DNA of 64,000 nucleotides from Candidatus Neptunichlamydia sp. (GTDB lineage Bacteria; Chlamydiota; Chlamydiia; Chlamydiales; Simkaniaceae): NCBI GenBank assembly GCA_965233865.1, contig OZ247587.1, positions 736,001 to 800,000 of the forward strand, read 5' to 3'. Shown piece by piece: positions 60,316 to 64,000 of this stretch (position 1 is its first letter; each line of letters starts with the position of its first letter). The notes under the pieces were generated by a model. It saw only the letters and a program-made list of their open reading frames with translations, ran no database searches and was not told where the DNA came from. The position numbers and the translations under genes were made by a program.

Positions 60316-61316
60316 CTTTCATCCTTTAGGAGATAGTTTGTCACATAATCTTCAATTGCAGAGTTAAAGGTAAAATCTGGTTTGTATTCTAATTTTTTAG
60401 CTTGAATTGCGTTTTGAAACTTACTCATTTCAGCGCAGGTATAGTTTTGATATTTGTCCATCAAGTCTTCCGGCATAGGAATGTATTCGATATTTTCTTT
60501 TTTCTCCATGGATTTAAAAACATTTTTAGCCATTGCATTCCAAGTATTCGCCTCACCACTCCCCACGTTGAAAATTCCCCCAATCTCGCTTTTAAGAAGT
60601 AGAGAGATCATCTTGACAGCATCTTTGACGTAGAAAAAATCGCGACATTGATCTCCATCTCCAAATTGAAGAGGGTCAGACGATTTAAATAACCGCACTT
60701 TTCCTGTCTTGTGAATTTGATCAACCATGTGAATCACCATCGAAGCCATCCGCCCCTTGTGGTACTCATTAGGACCAAAAATATTGAAAAATTTTAAACC
60801 AACGACCTGATCCAGTACCCCTTGCTCCTGAAGCCACTTATCAAACATCTGTTTGGAAAAACCATATAAATTCAAAGGCTTTAAATCATCAAGCATCTCT
60901 ACATCGTCAGCAAATCCTAGAGATCCGTCTCCATAGGTTGCCGCTGAAGAGGCATAGATGAAACGGTGATTGTGCTCAAGGGCATACTCAGCAAGCTTCA
61001 CCGAAAAACAATAGTTGGTCTTCATGAAATAGTCACCATCAGACTCAATAGTACTTGAACAAGCCCCCATATGGATAAAAGCTTCTATCTCCTGCCCCCT
61101 TCCATCTAGGTAATCAAAGATATCATCGCGAGAGACAAAGTGAATAAACCGCTTATTCCGCAAATTCATCCATTTAATGCTGCTTCGAAAATCATCAACA
61201 AGAAGGAGGTTATAATACCCTTGGTCGTTGAGGTAACGGATCATCGCCGATCCAATAAAACCGGCAGCACCTGTCACGACTATCAACTGATCATCATAAA
61301 TCTTAGTCTTCATCAC
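60309..61316 (-). CDS. hldD: ADP-L-glycero-D-manno-heptose 6-epimerase
   Basis: TGAAGFIGS, HMGACSST, YASSAATYG, PLNLYGFSK, EYHKGRMAS and KYQNYTCA. Confidence 0.95.
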   Translation of the reverse strand: MMKTKIYDDQLIVVTGAAGFIGSAMIRYLNDQGYYNLLLVDDFRSSIKWMNLRNKRFIHFVSRDDIFDYLDGRGQEIEAFIHMGACSSTIESDGDYFMKTNYCFSVKLAEYALEHNHRFIYASSAATYGDGSLGFADDVEMLDDLKPLNLYGFSKQMFDKWLQEQGVLDQVVGLKFFNIFGPNEYHKGRMASMVIHMVDQIHKTGKVRLFKSSDPLQFGDGDQCRDFFYVKDAVKMISLLLKSEIGGIFNVGSGEANTWNAMAKNVFKSMEKKENIEYIPMPEDLMDKYQNYTCAEMSKFQNAIQAKKLEYKPDFTFNSAIEDYVTNYLLKDERW

Positions 61317-61641
61317 CTCTCGATGATGGCATACCTCTGACTATTTGGAAAGAGGTTCTTCCATTTTTGCCTGCAGATAGGTTAAAAGATTTTTCACATA
61401 TAACTGGAAAATTGAATTCTGAGCAAACTCAAGAAGGAGATAACTTGGACGGTAGAACATTGGGTATTGAATCATTTTCAATAAACTTTAATACCGTCTC
61501 TTCATATCCTCTAGAATAAGGTTTCACCTTCCCCTAAATTCCTGACTGCTCCACAAATTTTTCACGAACAATATCAACCCACGCATGAAACTTGATCCCT
61601 GTTGCTATTTTTATTTGAAAAAGGCGAGAGAAATCCAAGCT

Positions 61642-62457
61642 TTAAATCTCATACCACTTTGACCCCTTTCGAGAAATGTACGAGCTCTTCCAAAATTGAA
61701 CATCTGGGAGCGCCGGACTTTCAACTGTCCCAAAGCAGAAAAATGCGGTACCGCTTCCTGTCATAGCAACCGAATCGAACCCAAGAGCAAACAATTTACT
61801 CTTCAGCTCCTTTAGGTCCGGGCGAAGAGAAAATGCCGGAAATTCCAAATCATTAATCCCCCACTTTCTTTTCTTCAGTAGGTGCGTTGGATCATCGAGA
61901 TTCACATTAGATTTGCAATGTTTATAGACAAGTGGAGTAGAAAGACCAGGACCGATCGGCTTAGCCAGATAGAGATCCTTCTTTGGCAAAGGATCTAAAA
62001 GCTTAACAATTTCCCCACATCCTGTTGTATAAGCCGTACCGTTGGAAAAAAAGAAAGGCGCATCAAAGGAGATTTCCCCTGCCCACTTGGCAAGCTTTAT
62101 CTCTAAAAGCTCCAAGCCAGAAAGCTGGTTCATTGCATAAAGGGTTGTTGCGATATTGCCACTACCCCCGCCGAGTCCTCCTTCAAAAGGGATCCGCTTT
62201 TTAGCATGGATGGCAAGTGGAACATCAAATCCTGTTTTCTGTCGAAACAGGTTGCGAGCCTTATGGATAAAGTTGTTTTTGTCTGTGGGAATGTGAGGAT
62301 CTGTGCAGGTCAAAGAATCCTCCACTGCTAGATCAAACTGAAGTGTGTCACAAAGAGAGATGGCCTGCATAAGACTTGCGATCTCATGAAAGCCATCATC
62401 ACGTTTTTTTAAGATGCGAAAAAAAAGGTTGAGTTTCGCTGGAGAATAGAGCTTCAC
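61642..62457 (-). CDS. ispE: 4-diphosphocytidyl-2-C-methyl-D-erythritol kinase
   Basis: SPAKLNLF, DGFHEIAS, GGLGGGS and MTGSG motifs. Confidence 0.93.
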   Translation of the reverse strand: MKLYSPAKLNLFFRILKKRDDGFHEIASLMQAISLCDTLQFDLAVEDSLTCTDPHIPTDKNNFIHKARNLFRQKTGFDVPLAIHAKKRIPFEGGLGGGSGNIATTLYAMNQLSGLELLEIKLAKWAGEISFDAPFFFSNGTAYTTGCGEIVKLLDPLPKKDLYLAKPIGPGLSTPLVYKHCKSNVNLDDPTHLLKKRKWGINDLEFPAFSLRPDLKELKSKLFALGFDSVAMTGSGTAFFCFGTVESPALPDVQFWKSSYISRKGSKWYEI

Positions 62458-63086
62458 TCTTTAGAGCGCTCTTCCAGTTCTTCTTTCATCTCTTTTTCCC
62501 GTTCGCTGCGCATTGGAAGATTCCCAGATGGCTCTTCAGGATCTTCAGTAGCCGCAAGAGCCTGTTCTTGCTCTTCATCAATAACTTCAACCTTTGGCTT
62601 CGGCTCCCGAACTTTGGTCTCTCCCTCAATCTTGAGTTTGAAGGTTGCTGCAACATTTTCTTTTAGACGAAGATGTACATCAAAAGTACCAACAGTTTTA
62701 AAAGGCTTGGGAAGGATCACGTTCTTTCTTTCAATTGTAATGCTTTCCTGATTCTCAAGAATCTTGACGATATCAGGAGAAGCGACAGAACCATACAGAT
62801 GTCCTTGAGAGTCGTTCTTTACCTTCGTTGTCAAAGTCTTCTCTTTGAGGCGTACAGCCAAAGCTTGAGAATCTTTTTTGTCCTTTGCCGATTGTGCTGC
62901 ACGTTCAACCTGCAGCTGCTCCTGCATTCGAATGGTTCTTTTGTCAGCAATGACTGCCTTTTTCTGGGGAAGGAGGTAGTTACGGACAAAGCCTGGCTTT
63001 GCACTAGCAAGTTCCCCTTTCCTTCCAAGATTAATCACATCTTCTAGAAGAAGAAGCTGAGTTTTTGCACTTTTCTTTTGTTTCAT
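62454..63086 (-). CDS. rplI: 50S ribosomal protein L9 with an acidic C-terminal extension
   Basis: LGRKGE...KPGFVRNYLLP and LYGSV; follows rpsF-rpsR. Confidence 0.95.
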   Translation of the reverse strand: MKQKKSAKTQLLLLEDVINLGRKGELASAKPGFVRNYLLPQKKAVIADKRTIRMQEQLQVERAAQSAKDKKDSQALAVRLKEKTLTTKVKNDSQGHLYGSVASPDIVKILENQESITIERKNVILPKPFKTVGTFDVHLRLKENVAATFKLKIEGETKVREPKPKVEVIDEEQEQALAATEDPEEPSGNLPMRSEREKEMKEELEERSKE

Positions 63087-63091
63087 ACTTA

Positions 63092-63328
63092 TTATTCCTC
63101 CGTAACAAAGGGCAGTAGAGCCACGTGTCTGGATTTTTTAATCGCTTTTTTCAGCAGCTGCTGATAGTGGTGCGAAATCCCTGTAATCCGCCGAGGGAGA
63201 ATCTTTCCTCTCTCAGTAATAAATTTCTCAAGGGTTTCGGTATCTTTGTAGTCAATTTCTTTAATCCCTGCGGCCGTAAAAGGGCAGGATTTTTTCTTCT
63301 TAAATCCAAAACTGCGTCGTTTATTCAC
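63092..63328 (-). CDS. rpsR: 30S ribosomal protein S18
   Basis: [26 protein letters not shown] and ALLPF. Confidence 0.97.
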   Translation of the reverse strand: MNKRRSFGFKKKKSCPFTAAGIKEIDYKDTETLEKFITERGKILPRRITGISHHYQQLLKKAIKKSRHVALLPFVTEE

Positions 63329-63343
63329 TTAATCTGTCCTCTA

Positions 63344-63685
63344 TTACTCTTCACCGAGAGGTTTAAATTCAATTTTCTCAAGAACCTTTTCAGTCCGCAT
63401 CGTCATGAAACGGATTAGATCCTCGTTAAGATGATACTCTTTCCACATTTCTTCAATCAGTGTTGGAATAACTGAAAAGTAAAGGAGAAAGTACTGCCCT
63501 TGCTTGTGTCCATCGATTTCATAAGCAAGTTTTTTTCGTCCCATCTCATGGATTTTATGGATTTCTCCTCCATTTCCTTCGATGGTACTCGTAATGCGCT
63601 CCAAAGATTTCTTCAAAGCGTCTTCGCTAAGAGATGCATTTATAATGTACATCCCTTCATAGAGTCTGCTCTCTTGTTTAGTCAT
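63344..63685 (-). CDS. rpsF: 30S ribosomal protein S6
   Basis: YEGMYII and MGRKKLAYEI. ATG 63685 overlaps the pth stop (ATGA). Confidence 0.95.
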   Translation of the reverse strand: MTKQESRLYEGMYIINASLSEDALKKSLERITSTIEGNGGEIHKIHEMGRKKLAYEIDGHKQGQYFLLYFSVIPTLIEEMWKEYHLNEDLIRFMTMRTEKVLEKIEFKPLGEE

Positions 63686-64000
63686 GCATGTTCCTTCATT
63701 TCTTGAAATAACCACTCTTCGATAAAAGTCACGGATTGAGTGAGTATTTCGGGGATTTTTTCTTGTTCTTCCTTTGTAAAAGGAGCTAAAACATAGTCTT
63801 CTAAGTAACCCACTGCAGGTTCGCCCACACCAAGCCTCAGACGCTGATATTCTTGCGTCCCAAGCTTCTCTTCGATGTCTTTCAGGCCATTATGCCCTCC
63901 AGCACTTCCTTTTTTTCGAAACCGAAGGGTTCCAAAGGGAAGAGCCACATCATCAGAAAGAATGAGGATTTCCTCTTGAGAAACTTTTAAAAAATCCATT
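63682..64000 (-). CDS. pth: Peptidyl-tRNA hydrolase; 5' part lies outside the window
   Basis: GSAGGHNGLKDI, RLRLGVG and DYVL motifs. Confidence 0.93.
   Translation of the reverse strand, partial: MDFLKVSQEEILILSDDVALPFGTLRFRKKGSAGGHNGLKDIEEKLGTQEYQRLRLGVGEPAVGYLEDYVLAPFTKEEQEKIPEILTQSVTFIEEWLFQEMKEHA

Noticed and set aside
61320..61640. Possible pseudogene between ispE and hldD
   Set aside because: Short interrupted minus-strand frames with no recognisable motif; I cannot support a call.

Overview
This window is a chromosome segment from a bacterium of the phylum Chlamydiota, most likely an environmental lineage rather than Chlamydiaceae. That call is inferred from the chlamydial gene order rpsA-nusA-infB-rbfA-truB-ribF-ychF-sctU...sctV-copN-scc1-malQ...rpmB-pld, plus heptose genes, sthA and a tra relic. 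The backbone is housekeeping and type III secretion genes, interrupted by two accessory blocks. (1) An ~11.5 kb cassette lies between sctU and sctV. It holds a Gly-rich autotransporter, a secreted GH64-type beta-1,3-glucanase and a 1766-aa autotransporter with a 384-aa internal duplication. (2) An ~15.7 kb IS-rich block lies between malQ and rpmB. It carries a kinase-fold protein, clpB, sthA and a probable plasmid-derived relic: a trypsin-like protease fused to a putative His-metal nuclease domain, an Rpn/PD-(D/E)XK nuclease and a decayed TraA-like helicase. IS elements or scars of IS5 (several types), IS200, IS6 and IS256 families are visible. Other oddities are a 1233-aa effector-like protein with four unrecognised Trp-containing repeats, a RibF and an HldE whose second domains look degenerate, and an aspartokinase without ACT domains. 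I saw no rRNA, tRNA or CRISPR array. All family calls come from motif recognition by eye; no searches were run.
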